Positions 10,563 through 20,314 of a stretch of DNA of 64,000 nt are shown here, piece after piece. A model generated the notes under the pieces. That model was not told the origin of the DNA. It worked only from the letters and a program-made list of their open reading frames with translations, and searched no databases. Each line of letters opens with the position of its first letter. Positions within the stretch are counted from its first letter, which is position 1. The translations under genes and the position numbers were made by a program. The stretch is from NCBI GenBank assembly GCA_038207335.1, contig JBBQZX010000002.1:96001-160000 (forward strand), read 5' to 3'. The stretch is from Chthoniobacterales bacterium (GTDB lineage Bacteria; Verrucomicrobiota; Verrucomicrobiia; Chthoniobacterales; Chthoniobacteraceae).

Positions 10563-13556
10563 ATGGCTTCCCGCGAAAATCTCCTCTCGAAAATTTGGCG
10601 CAAACTGCTGGCGAAACGCGCAAAGCCCGCTCCCCTGCGCGCAGATAAACCTGCCAAGCGCCAGCCCGCCTCGACGCTCGAGCCGCTCGAGGGCCGCATC
10701 GCCCCGGCCGTGCTCGTGAACCCGACGACCATCACTTTTCACGACCTCGACAACGACCTCGTCACCGTCCATTTCTCGAAGGCCATCAACGCGAACAACA
10801 CGTCTCCGGGCTCAGTTTTCAGCTTCGCAGACGCGGACGGAAACGAGGTCGCATTTGGCTTCGACGGGCCACAGCAACTCCAGCTCATCAATCTCCTAGC
10901 GGTCAATTCTCCGAGCAATGTGAGCCCGGTGAACGGCACGTCGATCACCGTCACCGCCACGCCGCTTTCTGGCGAAAATCCCGGCGATGGCTTCACAAAT
11001 ATCGGCGCCATCCGCGCGAACGGGCTCGCGCTCGCAACCGTGAGCATCGATGGCGACCTCGGCCAGATCGTCGCCGGCGGTGTCACGAGCAAAACCGCGA
11101 TCAAGCTGCTCTCCGCGAACTCGATCGGTGCCGCGGCCGACTCGCAGGGAGACGACCCGAATTTCCAGAGCACCATCACCGGCGGACTCGGCGCGCTGAA
11201 AATCGCGGGCGACGTGAAAGGCTTCATCAACGTCGTCGACCGCAACGACTTTAGCGGCAGAACCCTCGCGGCGGGCAGCATCGGCAGCATCACGGTCGGC
11301 GGCTCGCTCATCGGCGACTCCGATGACGCGAGCGGCAGGCTCGGCACGATCCAAGCCGAGACGAATATCGGCCCCGTGAAAATCGGCGGCTCGCTGACTG
11401 GCGGCGCCGGTGGCATTTCCGCCGGGATCCTCGCGATCAGCGGCAATATCTCCAGCGTCATCATTGGCGACATATCCGCGCCGGGCAGCATCACCGGCGG
11501 CACCGGCGGGAACAGCGGTCTGATCTTCGCGGGCAAAAACATCGGGGCGGTCACGATCACCGGCGACGTCATCGGCAGCGGCTTCTCCGGCACCGCGTCG
11601 ATCCGCGCCGGTGGCGATCTCGGCGCGGTGAAGATCCTCGGGGACTTGATTGGCGGCTCCGCTTCGAACAGCGGCTGGATCACCGCTGGCGGGAAGTTGA
11701 AGAGCTTCACGCTCGGCGATTCCATTGACGACAATCTCGTCGGCGGCACGGGCGCATTCAGCGGCATCGTCACCAGCGGCGGCGCGATGGGCGCGGTGAA
11801 AATTGCAGGCAGCATCATCGGCAACGGCGCAAATTCCGGCGCGATTTCCGCGGATGGAAAACTCGCGTCCATCACCCTCGGTGGCTCGCTCATCGGCGGC
11901 GAAGAAATCGACGGATCGAGCGACCGCAGCGGCTTCATCGGCTCCACTACGAGCATCGGGAGTGTGAAAATCGCGGGCAGCGTGATCGGCGGCGGCGGCA
12001 ACTACAGCGCCACAATCACCAGCGGCGGAAAGATCGGCAGCGTCAGCATCGGCGGGCAATTGAAGGGCGGCGCGGGCGCGGACAGCGGCGTCATTTTCAG
12101 CAGCATCGACGACACCACTTCCGACGACCTCGGCAGCGTCACGATCAGCCACGGCATCGTCGGCGGCGCGGGTCCAAACTCCGGTTCCGTCATCGCCGAC
12201 GGACGGATTTTGAATATCAGTCTCGGCAGCGAATCCGCGGCCATCCCGGCTGCGATTCAAGGCGGGACGGGCACTTACAGCGGATCGATCTTTTCCAGCG
12301 CGACCATCGGCACCGTAAAAATCATCGGCGACATCCTCGGCGGCGGCGCTGCGAATTCCGGCTCCATCCAGGCAACCGGCAATCTCACGAGCGTGAACGT
12401 GATCGGCTCCGTGTTCGGCGGCACGGCGGATTTCACCGGCTCCATTTTGAGCCACGACGCCACGAGCGTGGACGGTCCGAAGCCCGGAAATATCGGCAAG
12501 GTCACGGTCTCCGGCGCGCTCGTCGGCGGCGTGGGATTCCACTCCGGCGCGATCGAGGCCGAGGGCAATCTTGGTACCGTCACAGTCGGCTCGATCTCGG
12601 ACGGCGGAGTCTTCGCCGGCACGAGCCTCGAGAACTTCGGTTCCGCCAAACTCATCAACGTCAAGGACGCCATCGCCGCCGGCACCATCGAAGTTGATGG
12701 ATCGGTCAGCGCCTTGAAGGTGAAGACCGACGTAACGCAAAGCGCGATCCGCGCGAGCGACGCGATCAAGTCCATCACCATCGGCGGCAATCTCGAGCAG
12801 TCGCTCATCTCTGCGGGCGGCGCAGCGGTCGCCGGGCGCACCGATGTCGCCATCGGCTCCATCAAGATCGGCGGCAAATCCGCGACCACTGGCAACGTCA
12901 CCGATTCACAAATCCTCGGCGGCTACGACCTCGACGGCGTCGTGAATCCCCACGCCCAAATCGGCTCCGTGAGCGTCACTCACAACTGGACCGCCAGCGA
13001 CCTCGTCGCGGGCGTCACCGATGTGGACGCCGACGGCTTCGGCGACCTCGACGACGCTCTCATCTTCACTCCCGGCGATACCTCCACCGTCATCGCGCGC
13101 ATCGCCTCCATCACAATCGGCGGCACCGTGAGCGGCACCCCGGATGCCGTGAGCACCACCGACCAGTTCGGCTTCATCGCGCGGCAGATTGGGAAGTTCA
13201 AAAGCGCCGCCGGCAGCGTCCCGCTCCACGCGCTCACCGCGGATGTCGCCACATTCGGCACCGACGTCACCCTCCGCGACTTCAACCTCCCGCAAGCCGC
13301 CCCGTCCGCCGGCGTCACGTTCAGCGGCGGCGGCTCCCTCATACAGTATATCCTTCTCCCCGGTTCTGGCGGGACGATTGCCATTCTGCCGGGGACAGAA
13401 GTCGTAGGTGGCCTCGGGAGCGCGACCGCGCCCCTCGTGCCTGTTCCTGGGACACCTGTGGTTCTCGAGCCTAGCGGCCCCGGCGGATCCGCCCCGATCA
13501 CAGCCCCCGACTCCGGCGGCATCATCCTAGTCAATTCGGGCGTCACTCCGCCCTGA
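10563..13556 (+). CDS. LEPR-XLL-type leader protein with glycine-rich beta-solenoid-like repeats
   Basis: LEPLEGRIAPA leader motif; about 15 repeats of IGxVxIxGx(L/V/I)xGGxGxxSGxI; begins 9 nt after the upstream stop. Confidence 0.8.
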   Translation: MASRENLLSKIWRKLLAKRAKPAPLRADKPAKRQPASTLEPLEGRIAPAVLVNPTTITFHDLDNDLVTVHFSKAINANNTSPGSVFSFADADGNEVAFGFDGPQQLQLINLLAVNSPSNVSPVNGTSITVTATPLSGENPGDGFTNIGAIRANGLALATVSIDGDLGQIVAGGVTSKTAIKLLSANSIGAAADSQGDDPNFQSTITGGLGALKIAGDVKGFINVVDRNDFSGRTLAAGSIGSITVGGSLIGDSDDASGRLGTIQAETNIGPVKIGGSLTGGAGGISAGILAISGNISSVIIGDISAPGSITGGTGGNSGLIFAGKNIGAVTITGDVIGSGFSGTASIRAGGDLGAVKILGDLIGGSASNSGWITAGGKLKSFTLGDSIDDNLVGGTGAFSGIVTSGGAMGAVKIAGSIIGNGANSGAISADGKLASITLGGSLIGGEEIDGSSDRSGFIGSTTSIGSVKIAGSVIGGGGNYSATITSGGKIGSVSIGGQLKGGAGADSGVIFSSIDDTTSDDLGSVTISHGIVGGAGPNSGSVIADGRILNISLGSESAAIPAAIQGGTGTYSGSIFSSATIGTVKIIGDILGGGAANSGSIQATGNLTSVNVIGSVFGGTADFTGSILSHDATSVDGPKPGNIGKVTVSGALVGGVGFHSGAIEAEGNLGTVTVGSISDGGVFAGTSLENFGSAKLINVKDAIAAGTIEVDGSVSALKVKTDVTQSAIRASDAIKSITIGGNLEQSLISAGGAAVAGRTDVAIGSIKIGGKSATTGNVTDSQILGGYDLDGVVNPHAQIGSVSVTHNWTASDLVAGVTDVDADGFGDLDDALIFTPGDTSTVIARIASITIGGTVSGTPDAVSTTDQFGFIARQIGKFKSAAGSVPLHALTADVATFGTDVTLRDFNLPQAAPSAGVTFSGGGSLIQYILLPGSGGTIAILPGTEVVGGLGSATAPLVPVPGTPVVLEPSGPGGSAPITAPDSGGIILVNSGVTPP

Positions 13557-13618
13557 GTTGCGCCCGCTACATTTCACCGCGAACGTCCCCGCCTTTTCCA
13601 CGCTCTAATCTACCTCAC

Positions 13619-15988
13619 ATGCGCCACTTCCCCTCCGCGATCGAACCCCTCGAAGCCCGCATCGCTCCCGCGGCCGTCCTCTACCATCCGCTTGCCGACA
13701 TCAGCGCCGGCTCCGTCGTCGATCTCTCGCATCTCATCGATCCCGCGCCAGTCCGCACCCAGGTCCAGTTCGTCACGAACTTCGACATCGACTCCACCAC
13801 CCCCGGCCTCCAGCCCGGCATCATCACCATCGAGCTCTACGACGACCTCGCACCCGGCACCGTCGCCAATTTCCTCAGCTACCTGAATACCCTCAACGTC
13901 CGCGGCGACTACGACGGCACCTTCTTCCACCGCATCTTCGACTTCGGCGCAGGCTCCGATCCCGGCGTCGATATCATCCAGGGCGGCGGCTTCGAGAGTA
14001 CCAGCCTCCACACCCACATCCCCACCGACCCGCCCATCGTCAATGAGTACCGCGAAGACCTCCAGAACGTCCGCGGCTCCCTCGCCGTCGCGAAAGTCGG
14101 CGGCGATCCCGACTCCGCCACCAGCGAGTGGTTCTTCAACGTCACCGACAACTCCTCCATCCTCGGCAGTGGCAACAACGGCGGCTTCGCAGTCTTCGGC
14201 CACGTCATCGCCGGCCTCGATGTCATCGATAAAATCGCCCTCTCTCCCAAGACCAATGCCGGTGGCGCACTCACCGACCTCCCCGTCCAGAACCTCGCCG
14301 CCAACGCCGCCGTCACCCCCGCCAATCTCATCACCATCACCGACGCCAAAATCCTGCCCGGCACGAAAGCGGACACCACCGGCATCATCTACGAAGTCGT
14401 CAGCGTCACCGATCCGATGCTGAATCCGAGCACGCTCGTCACCCCCACCCTCTCCGGCTCGGACCTGAATCTCGCCTACGCCGCCGGCCAGAGCGGCATC
14501 GCCACCATCACCGTCCGCGCCACCCAAAATGGCATGAGCGTCACCGATTCCTTCGACGTCACCGTGAAGGCCAACCTCTTCGCCGAGATCACCAGCGACA
14601 CCCTCGGCAATCTCCTCCTCCCCGGCTCCACCGGCGCAGCCAGCGTCAAGCTCTCCAACAACGGCCTCGCCACCGCCGCCACCAACGTCTCCGTCAAATT
14701 CTACCTCTCAGCCATCACCTCCACCGAGCCCGACGGCCTCACCTTCGACTCCTCAGACATCCTCGTCGGCGAGCTCGCCGACCAGCAGATCAATCTCGCC
14801 ACAGGCGCCAGCGTCACCCTCTCCAAAACCATCGACTTCAGCAAAACCCAGCTCATCGCTGGCACCAACGTCGCAACAGACTACAAGCTCATCGCCGTCG
14901 TCTCCCCCGCCACCGGCAGCGCCTTCGACGAATCCTTCACCAGCGACAACACCTCTGTCGGAGGCGGCACCCACAAGGCCGCAAACCTCATCGGCACCTT
15001 CACCGACGCCGATGGAATCCTCCACAAGAACCTCTCCCTGACCTACACCGAGCCCGATGGCGATATCGTGAAGCTCCACGTCACCGGCAAAGGCTTCGCC
15101 GAAATCCAGAGCACCGCCGACGGCATCGACATCCTCGCCAACGGAACCAACGCCCAGAGCGTCCTCACCGCCAAGACCGCCAAGACCGGCCACATCGCCC
15201 TCCACGACGTGCAGGTCACCTCCCAGCTCGGCAGCCTCGCCTTCGGCCAGGCCGATCTCACCGGCTCAGTCGTCCTCAGCAGCGGCGTCAAAAACATCAC
15301 CCTCGGCGACATCAGCAGCGACTCCCACCTCGCCATCGGCACCTACTTTCCCGGCAATACCAAAGCCGTCGGCATCAAGCTCGGCAGCGTCCACGACCTC
15401 CAGCTCAACTCCCTCATGCCCATCCGCAGCCTCACCGCCCGGGAGTGGCTCGACACCACCGGTGACCACGACAGCATCTCCGCCCCCTCCATCGGCACGT
15501 TGAAAATTACCGCCGGCGACCTCCAGGCCGACGTCCTTTCCTCCGGCAACGCCCGCGTCGGCACCCTCTCCGTCTCGGGTTCTTTGGAAAATTCCACCGT
15601 CCAGATCAATGGCGCCCTCGGGAAGCTCGCCATCGGCGGCACCCTCGCCGGCTCCGAGATCCATACCGGCGGCAAGATCGATAACGTCACCCTCGGCGCC
15701 CTCGACCACAGCGCCGTCTTCGCCGGCTCCGATACCCTGCCCACCGGCCTCGACGATATCGGCAGCGCAGCCATCAGCCGCATCGTCATCCAGGGCGCCT
15801 TCACCGACAGCCAGATCGCTGCCGCCCGCCTCGGCACCTTCCAGCTCAAAAGCGCCTCCCTCCCCACAGGCGGCATCATCGCCGACGCCATCAAGAGCTA
15901 CAACCGCACCGGCATCTCTCCCCTCAAAAACCTCGACACTCCCGGCACCTTCGACGCCCTCGACGATTACGCCGTTACCGTCGTCTAA
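13619..15988 (+). CDS. LEPR-XLL-type leader protein with a divergent cyclophilin domain and C-terminal beta repeats
   Basis: IEPLEARIAPA; APGTVANFLSY, FFHR, IIQGGG, RGSLAVAK, ATSEWFFN, FAVFGHV. Confidence 0.85.
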   Translation: MRHFPSAIEPLEARIAPAAVLYHPLADISAGSVVDLSHLIDPAPVRTQVQFVTNFDIDSTTPGLQPGIITIELYDDLAPGTVANFLSYLNTLNVRGDYDGTFFHRIFDFGAGSDPGVDIIQGGGFESTSLHTHIPTDPPIVNEYREDLQNVRGSLAVAKVGGDPDSATSEWFFNVTDNSSILGSGNNGGFAVFGHVIAGLDVIDKIALSPKTNAGGALTDLPVQNLAANAAVTPANLITITDAKILPGTKADTTGIIYEVVSVTDPMLNPSTLVTPTLSGSDLNLAYAAGQSGIATITVRATQNGMSVTDSFDVTVKANLFAEITSDTLGNLLLPGSTGAASVKLSNNGLATAATNVSVKFYLSAITSTEPDGLTFDSSDILVGELADQQINLATGASVTLSKTIDFSKTQLIAGTNVATDYKLIAVVSPATGSAFDESFTSDNTSVGGGTHKAANLIGTFTDADGILHKNLSLTYTEPDGDIVKLHVTGKGFAEIQSTADGIDILANGTNAQSVLTAKTAKTGHIALHDVQVTSQLGSLAFGQADLTGSVVLSSGVKNITLGDISSDSHLAIGTYFPGNTKAVGIKLGSVHDLQLNSLMPIRSLTAREWLDTTGDHDSISAPSIGTLKITAGDLQADVLSSGNARVGTLSVSGSLENSTVQINGALGKLAIGGTLAGSEIHTGGKIDNVTLGALDHSAVFAGSDTLPTGLDDIGSAAISRIVIQGAFTDSQIAAARLGTFQLKSASLPTGGIIADAIKSYNRTGISPLKNLDTPGTFDALDDYAVTVV

Positions 15989-16045
15989 GAGGGCGGCGCA
16001 CCTGAACTCGGAAAATCCGGCAGGCTCTCCGGGTGGTAAGCGCGC

Positions 16046-17656
16046 CTACCGCCCTTTCTGGAGTTCCTTGACGAGCTTGTCGAAAATGTCCGCGATTTCA
16101 CCGCGCGCCTGCTCCTCTCCCGCGAGCGCGCGCTGGAAGTAGTCGTAAGTCAGCCGCGGCTTGGAAGCGCTAATGTCGGACCGGCAGGCCACCTTGAGAA
16201 ACGAGATGAAGTTCTGGTCCACGGACGCCTCGTCCTTTGGGCTCATGCGGCGCTTTTTGTCGGCGAGCCATTGGTCGATCCGCGTTTTGATCGCCGGGTT
16301 GTTATGCGCGCCATCTGTCACGCGCCCGCCATTTTTCGAGAGATCGACGAGGAAATTCCCGAGGTCGGCCGTCAGCCTCTCGATCGCCTCCATCTGCGCG
16401 GCCTGTGCGAAAAAGCCCTGCCAGTTCACCGACTGCCACGTCTTCACGCTGTCGAGCCGGTAGCCGAAACGGCGGATGACCGGCGCCTTCAGCACCTCCT
16501 TCGTCGCCGCGTCGTATTTCTTGATCGTGAGATAAGTCGCCACGCCAATGACCTTGCCCGTCTTCAGATGGATGATCGGGCTCCCGCTGTTACCCGGTTG
16601 AAAAGGCGCGTCCACCTCCACGAGCTGCGGCCCCACGCCGATGATCTTGCCCTTGATGTTATTGATCACGCCCGCGCCTTCGGCATTGCCGAGCACCATC
16701 ACCTCGTCGTCGATCATCACCTTTTCATCCACACCCTGCATGATCTCGAATGGCGTACCGCCCGGCGCGAGTTGCATTCGGAAAATATCGTGACCCACGG
16801 CGATCGAGGGCGTTCCCACCTGCACCGCCTTCCCGTCGAGTGTCTTGAAGCCCGCGCTTTTGATCCCCGCCGCGACATGGGCGTTGGTGAAAAGGAAATT
16901 CGCCCCACCGTAATTCGCGATGAAGCCACTCCCCGCGCCCTCGGCTCCGCTGACGAAGACGAGGCTGTTTCGGTAGGTCTTTACGAGGTCGCGCGGGGCG
17001 GGGTCGCCGGGCGTCGAGCCTGACGCGGCGGGAGGCGTCTGCGCGAGCGGCAGCGAATCCGTGACTTTGAAAACATAGACGCGATCCATCGCCATCTTCT
17101 TCCCTGAGCCCCAGAGACGGAACTCATACTTGTGGAGTTCGGGAACCTTCAGCGGCAGCGCCAGTTCCTGCCATGCGCCGGGAGGCACCTCGGCCGCTTT
17201 GGGGTGAAGGGCGCTTTTCGTGCCTCCTCCCTCGGCTACATCCAGAAACGCGACATCGCCCGCCGCCGTCTTGTCGTAGAATTGCAAACGATAGACGACG
17301 ACGTAACTGCCGGCATCGAGCTTGTCATAGGGTCCCCAGATAATCATGCCACCTGCCGACGATACCCATGCCACCTTGGCGTGCTCGCCTGGCACATTTT
17401 CGGCAGCGCCGTTGTTACGCTCCATGGGACGCTCGGCGAAATCGTGGAAACTAACGAGTTCCAGTTGCTTGAAAGAGCGAAAGATGTCCGGGTTACGGGC
17501 TTCGGCGGCGGCGACCACGGCCTCCGCTTCCGGGACTTTCGTCGGATTCATCACGACGATCCGGCTCTTCCCGGGCGGGACATTCACAAGGGAATCAGCG
17601 CCGCGCGCACCGCACAGGGCGAGGCAGCACAGGATGATGAGCGCGGGGAGTTTCAT
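16046..17656 (-). CDS. Secreted trypsin-like serine protease with an N-terminal beta-sandwich domain
   Basis: Signal peptide MKLPALIILCCLALCGARG; GSGF, TNAHV (His), HDI (Asp), GNSGSP (Ser); start moved from 17770 to the MKLP ATG. Confidence 0.85.
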   Translation of the reverse strand: MKLPALIILCCLALCGARGADSLVNVPPGKSRIVVMNPTKVPEAEAVVAAAEARNPDIFRSFKQLELVSFHDFAERPMERNNGAAENVPGEHAKVAWVSSAGGMIIWGPYDKLDAGSYVVVYRLQFYDKTAAGDVAFLDVAEGGGTKSALHPKAAEVPPGAWQELALPLKVPELHKYEFRLWGSGKKMAMDRVYVFKVTDSLPLAQTPPAASGSTPGDPAPRDLVKTYRNSLVFVSGAEGAGSGFIANYGGANFLFTNAHVAAGIKSAGFKTLDGKAVQVGTPSIAVGHDIFRMQLAPGGTPFEIMQGVDEKVMIDDEVMVLGNAEGAGVINNIKGKIIGVGPQLVEVDAPFQPGNSGSPIIHLKTGKVIGVATYLTIKKYDAATKEVLKAPVIRRFGYRLDSVKTWQSVNWQGFFAQAAQMEAIERLTADLGNFLVDLSKNGGRVTDGAHNNPAIKTRIDQWLADKKRRMSPKDEASVDQNFISFLKVACRSDISASKPRLTYDYFQRALAGEEQARGEIADIFDKLVKELQKGR

Positions 17657-17778
17657 AAGCCTCGATGGAATGTGGCGGCGGCAACCGCCGACGGCGGGCG
17701 GAGTGGTAACCGAGGAATGCGACGCTCGACAGGCGGAAAATTTCGCGGTGCCGACCTTCCAGCACCGCACGGCCCGGG

Positions 17779-17980
17779 GTGGAAAACTACGGCGCGATGC
17801 GTCTGCTGGCGCGCGAAGGCGAAACGATCGACGGGAAGACGCTGAAAACCATCACAGCCTGGATCCGCCGTGCCCGGTGCGCCCGGCGTGACGCGAAGCT
17901 TCAACGACGCAGGCCAGATCATCTACCGCGCGATCTTCACCGACGGCTCGAAGGCGATCGTGACCGTGCAGGTGCCGTAG
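17779..17980 (+). pseudogene. Frameshifted C-terminal remnant of a surface protein (NxxGxxAF-like repeat tail)
   Basis: RLLAREGETIDGKTLKTITA, a frame change near 17860, then GSAVPGAPGVTRSFNDAGQIIYRAIFTDGSKAIVTVQVP* (TAG at 17978-17980); no N-terminal part. Confidence 0.6.
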
Positions 17981-18047
17981 GGCGGCCGAGGCGGCGGGTG
18001 AGCAGGTGGCGGTTGCAGTTGCCGAAGAGTCCTGACTTGCTCGGGGC

Positions 18048-18290
18048 GTGCCCGTGATTCCCACCCGCACGCTGCGGCGCCAGATCGTCATGCCCGTTTG
18101 CCGCTGGAGCCTCGTCCTGCGAGCGACGACGGGCGATGGGGAGGCGACGTGTGCGCTGTGGGAGCTGCTTGCGCTTTACTGGAAGCCGCTTTACTGCAAG
18201 GCGCGTCGGCGGGGAGCTTCGGTGGAGGATGCGCAGGATGCGGTGCAGGGCTTTTACGAAGAGCTGATCCGCCGGGGCACCGACGCATGA
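18048..18290 (+). pseudogene. Truncated ECF sigma factor (region 2 start only)
   Basis: RWSLVLRA...ALWELLALYWKPLYCKARRRGASVEDAQDAVQGFYEEL matches the PVC-type ECF N-terminus; it stops with no region 4. Confidence 0.75.
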
Positions 18291-18908
18291 TGGTGGCGAC
18301 AACGGCGGCGGGTCGATTTATCGCATTCCGCCGGGCGGCGCGCTGGAGGTGATCGCTTCCCTCGACTCCACCACCGGCTTCAATCCCGATGTGGGGGTGT
18401 TGCTGGGAAGCGACAGGAGACGGCGGACGGGGCGCTGAGCACGCTCGCCGTGTTTGACCACGACGTGCATGGCGCGCGACGGGTTACTTCCCTCGCTCTC
18501 GGGGCGGATTGGAACTACTAAGGTGCGGCTCGCCAAGGTGGCCCGAACTTCTTCGGGACGATCTATCGCTTCAGCCCGCCGGTGCCGCCCTCCGCGCCCG
18601 AAGGCTCGCCGGCGACGCAGACGGGGACCTTTTCCGATGCCGATGGCAATGAGACGTGACGCTGACGGCGGCGTCGGGGACGATCACGCAGGAGAATGCC
18701 GCGGGGGACATGGAGCTGGACGGCGACGGCGGACGACGGCCCGGCGTCGGAGACGTTGGCGATCACCGCGCCGGCTACGGCTTACGCTGGGGAGCCGGTG
18801 GGGTTCACCTTCTCGATCGATACGGCGACATGGCGGCGAACCCGGCGCCAACTCCCACCGGTTCGCCTTCCACGCAGAGGCACAACTTTGGGACTGGCAC
18901 CGCTGTGA
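18275..18908 (+). pseudogene. Degraded GloVer-like tandem-repeat and Ig-like surface protein
   Basis: Fragments GGDNGGGSIYRIPPGGALEVIASL, LALGADWNY*GAARQGGPNFFGTIYRF (TAA at 18519-18521) and FSDADGNE/VTLTAASGTITQ/TWSWTATADDGPA across several frames. Confidence 0.65.
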
Positions 18909-19121
18909 AGCCGTCGCCGATCGCAGCGAGCGCAAAAGGTTCGGGGCTCTTCCTTGCCAAAGTCGAATACGCTATGGGGCTACTACCCCGGAGCGAGCGT
19001 CGGTGGCCGGATCGAAGTGGCCGCGCCCTGACGGCAGCGGTGACGCATGGCCGCGGCCTCTATTTTTTTGAGGCCGGGACTTTTCGCGGGCACGAAAACG
19101 GCGCATAGATTTCGCCCGCCC

Positions 19122-19943
19122 ATGTCTTCCGATTTCGTCGCCTCCGCAGGTTCGCTCGTCGATCGCATCAAAGTGAATGCGATGACGCGGGCGATGCGAG
19201 ATGGGCGCATGTTCTGGATCAAGCGCCGGCGAGGGACGGCAGCGGGAGTCATCGGCGCGGCGAATATTTTTTTCCGGCTTTCGTGCGCGCCGATCCGCGT
19301 GGTGGCGGAGATGGAAGAATGGCAGCGATGGGAGATCGAGAGTTTCGCGCGGCTGCACGGCGAGCGCTTCCGCGCACACGCGGAGGGACGGTGCGCGGTA
19401 GCCGCGGAGGAGCTGCCGGGGATCAATCTCACAGACTTCCTCGACACCGGCACGATCACTCCCGCGATGGCCGCAGCCGCCGGGCGCGAGTTGCTCCGCG
19501 CGCATCGCTGCGCGTGCGAGGAACTGGCGGGAGGCTGGTCGCACGGCGATCCGCACGCGGGAAATTTCATCTACGAACCGGGGCAGGATTGCGCGCGGCT
19601 CATCGATTTTGAGGTGATGCACTCACCCGCAATCCCTGCACTGGAGCGGCATGCCGACGATCTGCTCGTTTTTCTGCAAGACCTCGTCGGCCGCATCCGA
19701 CGCGATCTCTGGCTGCCCTGCGCGCTCGCTTTCCTCGCCGCGTACGACCGTACGGAAGTCGTCGGCATCGTGCTGGAAAAGCTGGCGCCACCGCCAGGTC
19801 TCGCACGGCTGTGGTGGATCGTGCGCACAAATTACATGCGCCCGGCGGAGGTGCGCCGCCGCTTCGATGCGCTGCGTGCCGCCGCTCAGCCCGCATCGCA
19901 GCCGAGCGAGTTTCTCACCGCCACCCACTCCTCGACGACCTGA
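19122..19943 (+). CDS. Protein-kinase-like fold phosphotransferase
   Basis: WIKRR (Lys), HGDPHAGNF catalytic loop, LIDFE. Confidence 0.7.
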   Translation: MSSDFVASAGSLVDRIKVNAMTRAMRDGRMFWIKRRRGTAAGVIGAANIFFRLSCAPIRVVAEMEEWQRWEIESFARLHGERFRAHAEGRCAVAAEELPGINLTDFLDTGTITPAMAAAAGRELLRAHRCACEELAGGWSHGDPHAGNFIYEPGQDCARLIDFEVMHSPAIPALERHADDLLVFLQDLVGRIRRDLWLPCALAFLAAYDRTEVVGIVLEKLAPPPGLARLWWIVRTNYMRPAEVRRRFDALRAAAQPASQPSEFLTATHSSTT

Positions 19944-20236
19944 CCGCCGAGCAAATGCTGCTCAAGAATCCGCTCGAACCGCGCGGGCGTGACGCCGCCG
20001 TACCAGGCGCCATCGGGATACACGACGAGCCACGGCCCGCCCGTGCAAACGCGCAAGCAAGCGGCTTTCGTTCGCATGAGTTTCACGCCGGTTTCCTTCA
20101 CACGCTTCTTCACATGCTCCCACAGCGCCTCGCCCTCGCGCGACTTGCAGCAGTCCGGCCCGATGCAGAAAAACAGATGCCGCTCCGCCTCCGCGACACC
20201 TGCTTTCGCGAAGCCCTTTTCGAGTTTGTCGCTCAT
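19886..20236 (-). CDS. Thioredoxin-like [2Fe-2S] ferredoxin
   Basis: HLFFC..PDCC, ACLRVCTGGP, VVYPDGAWYG, HLLGGQVV. Confidence 0.88.
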   Translation of the reverse strand: MSDKLEKGFAKAGVAEAERHLFFCIGPDCCKSREGEALWEHVKKRVKETGVKLMRTKAACLRVCTGGPWLVVYPDGAWYGGVTPARFERILEQHLLGGQVVEEWVAVRNSLGCDAG

Positions 20237-20314
20237 GGATATGCCCTGCTCGGAAGGCACCGGTTGCCTCCGGGATCATCGATCCCGGAGGCGGTTGGAG
20301 ACAGCGTCCTAAAA

